The notes below the pieces were generated by a model. The model ran no database searches. It was given only the letters and a program-made list of their open reading frames with translations, and was not told the DNA's origin. Made by a program: the position numbers and the translations under genes. A DNA stretch of 37,932 nucleotides from Minisyncoccota bacterium. GTDB lineage: Bacteria; Patescibacteriota; Minisyncoccia; 2-02-FULL-40-12; GWA2-44-9. Below, in pieces: positions 26,931 through 34,327 of the stretch. The first letter of the stretch is position 1. Every line of letters starts with the position of its first letter. The stretch covers positions 1-37,932 of the forward strand of contig JAGOSO010000007.1 of the NCBI GenBank assembly GCA_018062285.1. Reading direction: 5' to 3'.

Positions 26931-28004
26931 ATGCGGAAACGGCTTTTTTGGATACTGACAATTTTGATAATCGCGGGGCTGGCCATTTTATCTTCGGCTG
27001 GAATTGTGGATGCGCAGAAGAAATTTGGGTCAGCCTATTATTATTTCTTTCACCAGCTTTTATATGGCATAGCGCCAGGGATTTTGTTGGCGTATATCCT
27101 TTCAAGGATTGATTTTAAAATCTGGCGCAAATTTTCTTTGCCAATTTTGTTGGTGGCCTTAGGTTTGATGACTTTAGTATTTGTTTCTCACTTCGGTTTT
27201 GGGGCTAAGGGGGCGACTCGTTGGTTGAGTATTGGAGGGATTGTTTTCCAGCCAGCTGAAATTTTAAAGCTATCTTTGGTTATATATTTTGCAGCTTGGT
27301 TTGGTGGTCGACATGAACGCACAAGTCATTGGCTCTATGGTGCAGCACCATTCTTTATCGTTTTGGGATTCGCCGGTTTGTTGTTGGCTTTGCAGCCAGA
27401 CATTGGAACTTTGCTGGTTGTTGGGTCCATTGCTTTGATAATGTACTTTGTGGCTGGGGCAAATATGAAACTCCTTGGGTCTATTGTCGTCATTGGTTTG
27501 ATCGGATTGGTTTTGCTGATTAGGTTTGAGCCATATCGCTTTAATCGTATCCGTTCTTTTATTGACCCTAATGCCGACGTTCGAGGAATTTCTTATCAAG
27601 TTAACCAGGCCAAAATTGCCATTGGCTCTGGTGGTGTTTTTGGTGTTGGCTTTGGGCATAGTACTCAAAAATTTGGCTTCTTGCCTGAGCCAGTTGGAGA
27701 CTCTATTTTTGCAATTGTGGTTGAGGAGCTAGGTTTAGTCGGGGGAATGGTTATTGTCGGATTGTTTGTGGCCTTATGCTTTACGTTGATGCAAATTGCG
27801 ATAGCCACGACCGATTCCTTTGGACGCTTATTTGTAAGCGGAATCAATATATGGATAATGGTTCAAGCGTTTATTAACATCGCCGCTATCTCTGGCCTCG
27901 CCCCGCTAACTGGTATCCCGCTACCATTTATTAGTTATGGTGGGACAGCCATCATCGCTCTTCTGGCCGGCTTGGGGATTGTATTTAATGTCGCCAATGA
28001 CTAA
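26931..28004 (+). CDS. ftsW: SEDS-family peptidoglycan glycosyltransferase FtsW/RodA
   Basis: Polytopic. 'ISYGGTAIIA' C-terminal SEDS motif. The track starts at GTG 26898, inside the inverted repeat. First ATG is 26931. Confidence 0.75.
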   Translation: MRKRLFWILTILIIAGLAILSSAGIVDAQKKFGSAYYYFFHQLLYGIAPGILLAYILSRIDFKIWRKFSLPILLVALGLMTLVFVSHFGFGAKGATRWLSIGGIVFQPAEILKLSLVIYFAAWFGGRHERTSHWLYGAAPFFIVLGFAGLLLALQPDIGTLLVVGSIALIMYFVAGANMKLLGSIVVIGLIGLVLLIRFEPYRFNRIRSFIDPNADVRGISYQVNQAKIAIGSGGVFGVGFGHSTQKFGFLPEPVGDSIFAIVVEELGLVGGMVIVGLFVALCFTLMQIAIATTDSFGRLFVSGINIWIMVQAFINIAAISGLAPLTGIPLPFISYGGTAIIALLAGLGIVFNVAND

Positions 28005-28006
28005 CT

Positions 28007-28036
28007 AAAAGACCCGCCATTTGGCGGGTCTTTTAG
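28007..28036. terminator. Bidirectional terminator aaaagacccgcc-attt-ggcgggtctttt between ftsW and rpsT
   Basis: Perfect 12-bp stem flanked by A and T runs. Confidence 0.7.
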
Positions 28037-28046
28037 TTAGTACTGA

Positions 28047-28307
28047 TTACTTCTTAGCGATTGAGAGGATAGCGTGGGACTTGAGGCGGGAAGCTTTGTT
28101 GGCTTTGATAACGCCTGACTTGGTGGCTTTGTCGATTGATTGGTAGACTCGGTCGAGCATGGCTCCGGCTTCTTTGATCTGACCAGCTACGACGAGCTTG
28201 TTGAACTGCTTAACGGCTATTTTGTAGCCATTAATACGCTTCAAATTACCGACGCGTCGGGTTTTGCTTTGTCTGAGGGCCTTTTTGGCTGATTTAGTGA
28301 TTGGCAT
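28047..28307 (-). CDS. rpsT: 30S ribosomal protein S20
   Basis: 'MPITKSAKKALRQSKTRR...' is the classic S20 N-terminus. Confidence 0.9.
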   Translation of the reverse strand: MPITKSAKKALRQSKTRRVGNLKRINGYKIAVKQFNKLVVAGQIKEAGAMLDRVYQSIDKATKSGVIKANKASRLKSHAILSIAKK

Positions 28308-28352
28308 ATTTGTTTCAATATAATAGCACCTTTTTTATTTATGTGCAATACT

Positions 28353-28383
28353 TTGACTTTTTAGTGGGGCAGGTGTTTAATAT
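28353..28383 (+). promoter_or_regulatory. Promoter-like TTGACT-N17/19-(TTTAAT/TAATAT) for cassette 5
   Basis: Read from the sequence. The -10 is ambiguous. Confidence 0.35.
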
Positions 28384-28400
28384 GCGAAAGGAGTTTGCCA

Positions 28401-28697
28401 ATGAAGACAGTTAAGGATCTTACATGGGGAATTGGTTTCCTCACAGGGATAAAGCTTAATGCCCTCCCTGAGTCTGACCGTTCGGAGATTATCGCCGATG
28501 CTCAAAAGCTTGGCGAGCAACTCCTGGAAGACGCAAAGGGTTTGCTCAAAACCAGTTCTTTGCCGGTTGCTCTGTGTGGTCTTCCTGCGGAGATGGTGCT
28601 GAGTTCTGAGGCAGAAAGGCTTTTTGACGCCCTCGTGGCGAAGAAGGAAGAGGTCTTTGCCCGGTGCGCCAATGAACAGCAGACCGGTAATGGCTGA
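28401..28697 (+). CDS. Moderately G+C-rich small protein (98 aa), unknown
   Basis: The track starts at TTG 28395. ATG 28401 is 7 nt after AAAGGAG. Followed by a 12-bp-stem terminator. Confidence 0.45.
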   Translation: MKTVKDLTWGIGFLTGIKLNALPESDRSEIIADAQKLGEQLLEDAKGLLKTSSLPVALCGLPAEMVLSSEAERLFDALVAKKEEVFARCANEQQTGNG

Positions 28698-28707
28698 AGA
28701 TCGTTTT

Positions 28708-28753
28708 GCCCGTCGGCACTTAAAAACAAGGTGCCTACGGGCACTTTGTTTTT
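28708..28753 (+). terminator. Terminator gcccgtcggcac-loop-gtgcctacgggc + TTTGTTTTT
   Basis: Same 'gcccgt..gcac/gtgc..acgggc' stem style as 15965-16007. Confidence 0.6.
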
Positions 28754-28758
28754 AATGG

Positions 28759-30759
28759 TTACAAGCTAGCTCTAAGTTTGCGAATCTGTTCTTTGATTTG
28801 GATGGCTTGCTCGTAGTTGAATTTGCTGATGGCCATATCTAACATGCGCTGGAGTTGTTTGATGGCTTTTTGCTTGGTGCCATTACCGTAATAAATAATT
28901 TGGCTTTCACCTTCTCCGTAGCGTTGTTCTTTCTGTTCTTTGCCGGTCGACATTTCAAATTTACCAGTGGATCGGGCGATACTGGTTGGGGTGATGCCGT
29001 GTTCTTTGTTGTGGGCGATTTGTTTAACGCGACGTCGTTGGGTTTCCCCAATCGACATTTCCATAGACTTGGTTATTTTATCGGCATACATAATGACGTG
29101 GCCGTCTTTGTGGCGAGCGGCACGACCCATGGTTTGAATTAAGGTTGTGGCATTACGTAAGAAGCCTTCTTTGTCTGCATCAAGAATGGCAATCAAAGAC
29201 ACTTCTGGTAAGTCTAAGCCTTCTCGGAGCAAGTTCACGCCGACTATAACATTATGAATACCAGACTGAAGGTCTTTAATTATTTTAACGCGATCGAGAG
29301 TTTTAATTTCTGAGTGGAGATAGTTAACCTTAATGCCATTACGGGCTAAGTGTTCGGACAAATCTTCGGCCATGCGTTTGGTAAGAGTTGTAACAATGAC
29401 CCGCTCGTTCTTGGCTATACGTTCTCGGATACGTCCGATAAGGTGCTCGACTTGTCCAGCAGTTGGAACAATTTCAACGGTAGGATCAAGTAGGCCGGTT
29501 GGGCGGATAAGCTGTTCGGCAATATTCTTTGGGCCAGCTTCATCTAATTCAAACTTGGATGGGGTAGCTGATACATAAACGACTTTTTGGACAAGCTTTT
29601 CAAATTCATCAAATTTTAGAGGTCTGTTATCGATGGCAGAAGGTAAACGGAAACCATAGTTAATCAAAGTTGATTTTCTGGAGTGATCGCCTTTATACAT
29701 ACTGCGCAATTGGGGCAGAGTAATATGGGATTCATCAATAACAGTTAAGAACTCACCTTTAGCTTTAAAGAAGTCTAATAGAGAGAAGGCTGGTTCGCCA
29801 GGTTTGCGAAAATCTAAATGGCGAGAGTAGTTCTCAATGCCGTGGCAGTAACCAGTGGTGCGCATCATCTCGATATCTCGCATGGTCTTTTCTTGTAAGC
29901 GAGAGGCTTCTTGATTCTTGCCGACCTTCTTTAAAAACTTAACATGCTGTTGGAGTTCGCTTTTAATATTTTCTATGGCTAGGCCAATTTTGTTATCAGT
30001 TGTAATCCAGTACTTAGCAGGGAAGATAATGGTGTGCACTATTTTTTCATAATCCAGATCCTTCATTTCTAATTCTTCTGGGTCCTTGAGCATGGCTCGA
30101 TACATACGAACTACGGTATCATTTTTGAAAACAACCTTGGTCACTTCTGTTCCGGTTGGAGAGATTATTTCAACTTCGGTTGGGGTTTTGCGGAAAGCAC
30201 CACGTTTCAATTCGATATCCTGAACGTACTGCAAGCGCATCAAGCTGCGGATAAAATCAGATGGTTTTATTTTCTTGCCCTCAAATATTTCAAGACCTAA
30301 GTTTTTGTATTCGTCTGGGTTGCCCAAGTTGTAGATACAAGAAACTGAAGCGACCACAATAATATCATCATGGCTCATTAAGGCTTGAGTGGTGGCGTGA
30401 CGTAAACGATCAAGCTCTTCGTTTATCTTGGAATCCTTTTCAATATAAGTGTCGCTGTGGGGGATATAAGCTTCTGGTTGATAGTAATCATAATAACTAA
30501 CGAAATAATGGACGGCGTTATTAGGGAAAAAGTCTTTCATCTCTTTGTAGAGCTGGGCGGCGAGAGTTTTGTTATGAGAAACAATCAGGGTTGGTTTTTT
30601 GTATTGTTCAATCACTTTAGCCATAGTGAAGGTCTTACCAGAACCAGTCACACCCAAAAGCACCTGGCGCTTTTTGCCGGTCTTCAAACCTTTGGACAAT
30701 TTTTTGATTGCCTCTGGTTGATCGCCTGTTGGCTCAAATTTTGATGTCAGTTTGAACAT
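28759..30759 (-). CDS. uvrB: Excinuclease ABC subunit B
   Basis: 'QVLLGVTGSGKTFTMA' and helicase motifs. 666 aa. Confidence 0.95.
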   Translation of the reverse strand: MFKLTSKFEPTGDQPEAIKKLSKGLKTGKKRQVLLGVTGSGKTFTMAKVIEQYKKPTLIVSHNKTLAAQLYKEMKDFFPNNAVHYFVSYYDYYQPEAYIPHSDTYIEKDSKINEELDRLRHATTQALMSHDDIIVVASVSCIYNLGNPDEYKNLGLEIFEGKKIKPSDFIRSLMRLQYVQDIELKRGAFRKTPTEVEIISPTGTEVTKVVFKNDTVVRMYRAMLKDPEELEMKDLDYEKIVHTIIFPAKYWITTDNKIGLAIENIKSELQQHVKFLKKVGKNQEASRLQEKTMRDIEMMRTTGYCHGIENYSRHLDFRKPGEPAFSLLDFFKAKGEFLTVIDESHITLPQLRSMYKGDHSRKSTLINYGFRLPSAIDNRPLKFDEFEKLVQKVVYVSATPSKFELDEAGPKNIAEQLIRPTGLLDPTVEIVPTAGQVEHLIGRIRERIAKNERVIVTTLTKRMAEDLSEHLARNGIKVNYLHSEIKTLDRVKIIKDLQSGIHNVIVGVNLLREGLDLPEVSLIAILDADKEGFLRNATTLIQTMGRAARHKDGHVIMYADKITKSMEMSIGETQRRRVKQIAHNKEHGITPTSIARSTGKFEMSTGKEQKEQRYGEGESQIIYYGNGTKQKAIKQLQRMLDMAISKFNYEQAIQIKEQIRKLRASL

Positions 30760-30785
30760 TGCTAGGGAAGTGCTAATATTTACCT

Positions 30786-31364
30786 ATGATTTCTTTTCTC
30801 GAAGGTACAATCGAACATTCTGGCGACAAATATGTCGTTTTGAACACTGGGGGTATAGGGTATAAGGTTATACTATCCCCGAGAGTACTGAATACTATAG
30901 CAAATCGCAAGGATAAAGTAAAGCTCCATATTCACTCTCAAATGAACATGCGCGAGGGTACTTTTGATATGTATGGCTTTGAAAAAAAGAGTGATTTGGA
31001 TCTCTTCCATTTGCTTACAACCGTGTCGGGAATTGGCCCAAAGGGTGCCCAAAATATTTTATCTTCAGTTGAGCCAGCTCATTTGAAGTTAGCGGTGGTA
31101 AACCAAGACGCTGATTATTTAAAAAAAGTTTCTACCTTAAGTTCAAAAGTAATCCAAAGATTGATTTTGGAGTTAAAAGGTAAAGTCGATCACCTTGAAG
31201 GCGAGACTGCTGGTATTGATTTGAGCCAAGATGGTCAAGCCACTGAAGCTCTTCTTGTTTTGGGCTACACTGCTGCTGAAGCCAAAGAAGCTCTCAAAGA
31301 TACTAAGGCTGAAACTCTCAAGGATAGGGTCAGGGAGGCATTGAAGATTTTGGCAAAAAAATAA
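30786..31364 (+). CDS. ruvA: Holliday junction branch-migration complex subunit RuvA
   Basis: N-terminal OB domain, HhH 'VSGIGPKGAQNIL' and C-terminal domain III. Confidence 0.85.
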   Translation: MISFLEGTIEHSGDKYVVLNTGGIGYKVILSPRVLNTIANRKDKVKLHIHSQMNMREGTFDMYGFEKKSDLDLFHLLTTVSGIGPKGAQNILSSVEPAHLKLAVVNQDADYLKKVSTLSSKVIQRLILELKGKVDHLEGETAGIDLSQDGQATEALLVLGYTAAEAKEALKDTKAETLKDRVREALKILAKK

Positions 31365-31375
31365 TATAAAAATAT

Positions 31376-31759
31376 ATGGGAGAACAAAATAATAATTCGG
31401 AGTTCTGGAAGAAGTTGGAGAAAGAGATTGCTGAAGAACAGGAAGCTCGCAAGGAGTATTTGCCAAAACTCGAGCAAGACGTCCAAAAACTAAAGAGTAG
31501 GTATGAAGTATTTTTAGAAGAAAGTCCTGGTGATGCTCTTCGCGCAAAGAGGGATCTGGTGGAAGGAATCGTGGCACTCGAAGAACTCAAAGAAAGAATT
31601 AGGAGATGTGCTGATGACCCTTCAAAAAGACATAATCTTAGCGAACTAGAATTAAAGGAGCTTGAGAGGAGGGTTATGCAAGATCTTGGCTATCCAGAGG
31701 ACGAACTCAAGTTGTTCGATGAATATATCGAATATCTAAAACAAAAAAATCAGCCCTAG
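31376..31759 (+). CDS. Coiled-coil charged protein (127 aa), unknown
   Basis: E/K/R-rich heptad-like sequence. Confidence 0.45.
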   Translation: MGEQNNNSEFWKKLEKEIAEEQEARKEYLPKLEQDVQKLKSRYEVFLEESPGDALRAKRDLVEGIVALEELKERIRRCADDPSKRHNLSELELKELERRVMQDLGYPEDELKLFDEYIEYLKQKNQP

Positions 31760-31811
31760 TTTTTATCGATAAAAGTTCCGACCTTAAGTTAAAAAGTGAT
31801 TCAAGGACTGA

Positions 31812-31875
31812 TTTTGGCCCGCCAAGTAGCGCAATCATGCGTGAACAGCGGGCCTCGTTTTATTATTGACAAAAT
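31812..31875 (+). repeat. Array repeat R1 (64 bp): hairpin ggcccgc-...-gcgggcc + T-run + TTGACAAAAT -35
   Basis: Near-identical copies at 32085-32148 and 32359-32422 (period 273/274 bp). Half-copy at 32917-32943. Confidence 0.8.
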
Positions 31876-31915
31876 ATTTATTTGGTGGTAGTATATTAGA
31901 ACAAGGAGGAGCGAG

Positions 31916-32071
31916 ATGAGAGTGTCGAGGGTTCTAGTTCTGATTGGTGTTGGCGCCGCAGCGGGCGCCATGTTCCACTATTGGGTGTACCCCTCATTCG
32001 TGGATGAGGTAGGGGTGGCAGTGGTGGCCATGCTTGTGGTTCACCTTTATCCTCGTTTGAAGCGTCGGTAG
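31916..32071 (+). CDS. Small hydrophobic peptide A (51 aa) MRVSRVLVLIGVGAAAGAMFHYWVYPSFVDEVGVAVVAMLVVHLYPRLKRR
   Basis: TGgTAGTAT extended -10 and AAGGAGGA RBS 6 nt before the ATG. Under 60 aa, so absent from the track. Paralogous to peptide B. Confidence 0.55.
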   Translation: MRVSRVLVLIGVGAAAGAMFHYWVYPSFVDEVGVAVVAMLVVHLYPRLKRR

Positions 32072-32084
32072 TTGTGTTCCTGTC

Positions 32085-32148
32085 TTTTGGCCCGCTAAGT
32101 AGCGCAATCATGCGTGAACAGCGGGCCTCGTTTTATTATTGACAAAAT
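32085..32148 (+). repeat. Array repeat R2
   Basis: See R1. Confidence 0.8.
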
Positions 32149-32182
32149 ATGGTTTTAATGTTAATGTATAAAAATTGGAGGC

Positions 32183-32350
32183 ATGATGCAGATTCCAGAA
32201 GGGGCGAAGTTACCATGGCTAGTTTTTGTTGGAGTTGCTGTGGGGGTTATTTTTCATAACCTCGTGAACTCTTCAAGGGTTCTTGAGGTTGCGGTGATGG
32301 TTGCGGTGATGGTCCTGTGTCGACGTTACGGTCCGTTGAAACGTGGATGA
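32183..32350 (+). CDS. Small hydrophobic peptide B (55 aa) MMQIPEGAKLPWLVFVGVAVGVIFHNLVNSSRVLEVAVMVAVMVLCRRYGPLKRG
   Basis: TTGGAGG RBS. Shares the G-V-G/A...FH...EV-V-AVM...LKR pattern with peptide A. Confidence 0.55.
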   Translation: MMQIPEGAKLPWLVFVGVAVGVIFHNLVNSSRVLEVAVMVAVMVLCRRYGPLKRG

Positions 32351-32358
32351 CGGTCCCA

Positions 32359-32422
32359 TTTTGGCCCGCTAAGTAGCGCAATCATGCGTGAACAGCGGGC
32401 CTCGTTTTGTTATTGCAAAAAC
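32359..32422 (+). repeat. Array repeat R3 (-35 variant TTGCAA, -10 TATAAT)
   Basis: See R1. Confidence 0.8.
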
Positions 32423-32461
32423 AATTTTCTGTACTATAATGTTGGTGCAAAGGGGTGGATT

Positions 32462-32674
32462 ATGTGGAAGGGAATTAATGCCTGGTTGAATCGTCATGCC
32501 AGGACGGCGAATGCTGTTGCGTTCTTTTTCTCCCTGGCATCTCTCGCCCGGGACGCACAGGCTCACACATTAATGACGATTGATAACAAGCCTTGGACAG
32601 CCATGTCGATCGTTATTGTGATCAGCTGCATTTTGTTCGAGGTCGACAGGGCCTATTTTTCCAAAAGGAGCTAG
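32462..32674 (+). CDS. Small membrane peptide C (70 aa) with hydrophobic core and basic tail
   Basis: ATG 32462 follows AAAGGGG. The track ORF 32384-32674 includes the upstream promoter region. Confidence 0.5.
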   Translation: MWKGINAWLNRHARTANAVAFFFSLASLARDAQAHTLMTIDNKPWTAMSIVIVISCILFEVDRAYFSKRS

Positions 32675-32676
32675 CT

Positions 32677-32886
32677 GTGCCGGTGTACCTTTTGCAGTAT
32701 GCCGTGGAGTTGTCGGGCGATGAGGCCGCTCACGCGTTCGATGAAGCAATTCTTGCAGAGGCCAGGAAGAACAGTGTTATGGTCGAAGAAGTTAGGGTTA
32801 GTCGAGGCGACCATGTCCTTCGTTTTTCTGTGCCCCTTCATTCAGGCTTGAACCTCGCAGATCTTCCCAGAAGTAAAAGAGACTAG
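32677..32886 (+). CDS. Small soluble acidic protein (69 aa, GTG start), translationally coupled to peptide C
   Basis: AAGGAG-N6-GTG at 32665-32679, 3 nt after the peptide C stop. The track lists a longer out-of-context start at 32593. Confidence 0.45.
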   Translation: MPVYLLQYAVELSGDEAAHAFDEAILAEARKNSVMVEEVRVSRGDHVLRFSVPLHSGLNLADLPRSKRD

Positions 32887-32910
32887 GATTTATCAGACAA
32901 CAAAACTTAA

Positions 32911-32943
32911 GGGGCTCGCCACAGCGGGCCTCGTTTTTTTATC
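32911..32943 (+). terminator. Terminal half-repeat/terminator (…cacagcgggcctcGTTTTTTTAT)
   Basis: Matches the 3' half of R1-R3 without a promoter. Confidence 0.55.
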
Positions 32944-32966
32944 TAGAAAGTGGTATTTTGATATAT

Positions 32967-33875
32967 ATGAAGTCGTTTTTGCAGACAAAGGAGTGGTTGA
33001 ATTTCCAAGAGTCAGCTGGACGGAAAGTTTGGCGTTTTGATGATGGAAAAGTAGTAGCTAATATTATCCAGCATGATTTACCGTTTGGAATGAACTATTT
33101 ATATATTCCGCATGGTCCAGAGATTCATTTAGAAAATATTTCCGGTGGTCTTCGTAACGAGTTAGAAAGTTTTATTTCTTATTTAAAAAAAATAGCCAAA
33201 GAAGAGAAATCTATTTTTATAAAAATAGAACCATTGCAGGATAGTGTTATTGAGTTGCTGTATGGTGCTGGTTTTAGAAAATCATCAAAAGAAATTCAGC
33301 CTCATCGGTCGGTGATTATGGATCTAGATAAGTCTGAAGAAGAGATGTTGGCAGCGATGCACCATAAGACACGCTACAACATTAAAGTTGCAGAAAAGAA
33401 TGAATTAAAATTAGTTTTCCGTAAAGACGTAGATACTTTTTGGAATTTGTTAAAACAAACTGCCAAGAGAGATAACTTTTCGACTCATCAAAAAAGTTAT
33501 TACGAAAAACTTTGCTCCACCGAAGGCTTAATGTGTGAGACGGCTTTCATTGAGCATAATGATAAATCAGTAGTGGGTGCCATTTGGTTAGCTTCCGGCG
33601 ACACTGCCTACTATTTGCATGGTGCGATGGATCGCGATCCTGCTTACAGGCCAATGATGGCTCCATACTTAATGCAGTGGGAGTTGATAAAAACAGCTAA
33701 GAAATATGGTATGAAGTATTATGACTTCTGGGGCATTGATGCCAACAGGTACCCCGGCGTCACTAGGTTTAAATTAGGCTGGGGCGGCCGCCAAGTTGAA
33801 TATCCTGGGGCCTTTGATATGTCCATCCGCGGTTTCTGGTTTATGATGTACAAAATTTTAAGAAAAATATTATAA
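32967..33875 (+). CDS. FemAB-family aminoacyl-tRNA-dependent peptidoglycan peptidyltransferase
   Basis: 'MKSFLQTKEWLNFQESAG..' N-terminus and 'WGIDAN...FKLGWGG' C-terminal region typical of FemX/FemAB. The track starts at TTG 32958. Confidence 0.6.
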   Translation: MKSFLQTKEWLNFQESAGRKVWRFDDGKVVANIIQHDLPFGMNYLYIPHGPEIHLENISGGLRNELESFISYLKKIAKEEKSIFIKIEPLQDSVIELLYGAGFRKSSKEIQPHRSVIMDLDKSEEEMLAAMHHKTRYNIKVAEKNELKLVFRKDVDTFWNLLKQTAKRDNFSTHQKSYYEKLCSTEGLMCETAFIEHNDKSVVGAIWLASGDTAYYLHGAMDRDPAYRPMMAPYLMQWELIKTAKKYGMKYYDFWGIDANRYPGVTRFKLGWGGRQVEYPGAFDMSIRGFWFMMYKILRKIL

Positions 33876-34327
33876 TGGAATGTATTTTTTGTAAGATAGT
33901 TAGCGGGGAGCTTCCTTGTCATAAAATATGGGAGGACGAAAAGCACTTAGCTTTTTTGTCGATATTCCCAAATACAGAAGGTTTTTCAGTTGTAATAACC
34001 AAAGAGCATTATTCAAGTTATATTTTTGATTTGCCTGATCCTGTTATGTCCGAGTTGGTTTTTGCTTCAAGAAAAGTGGCAAAGCTACTAGACTCAAAAT
34101 TAGAAGATGTGGGTAGAACCGGCATGATTTTTGAAGGATTTGGTGTTGATCATATCCATGCAAAGTTGTTCCCAATGCACGGGACCAAATTAGGGGCCTG
34201 GAAACCACTAAAATCAAATGTAGATAAGTATTTCGATAAATACGAAGGTTATATTTCCTCGCATGACTACAAGAGAGCAGAAGACGGTGAATTAAAAGTT
34301 TTGGCTGAAAAAATTAGAAATGATTAA
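33875..34327 (+). CDS. HIT-family (histidine triad) hydrolase
   Basis: 'GVDHIHAKLFP' HxHxHxx motif. Confidence 0.75.
   Translation: MECIFCKIVSGELPCHKIWEDEKHLAFLSIFPNTEGFSVVITKEHYSSYIFDLPDPVMSELVFASRKVAKLLDSKLEDVGRTGMIFEGFGVDHIHAKLFPMHGTKLGAWKPLKSNVDKYFDKYEGYISSHDYKRAEDGELKVLAEKIRND

Noticed and set aside
32593-32676. Track start (32593) for the last array ORF
   Set aside because: It would overlap peptide C in another frame. An AAGGAG-N6-GTG at 32677 gives a coupled 69-aa product instead.
31812-32943. Possible CRISPR array (regular ~273-bp periodicity of a conserved hairpin repeat)
   Set aside because: The repeats are 64 bp and contain a terminator plus a promoter. The 'spacers' are about 210 bp and contain RBS-preceded peptide ORFs. 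There are no cas genes. The period and architecture do not fit CRISPR.
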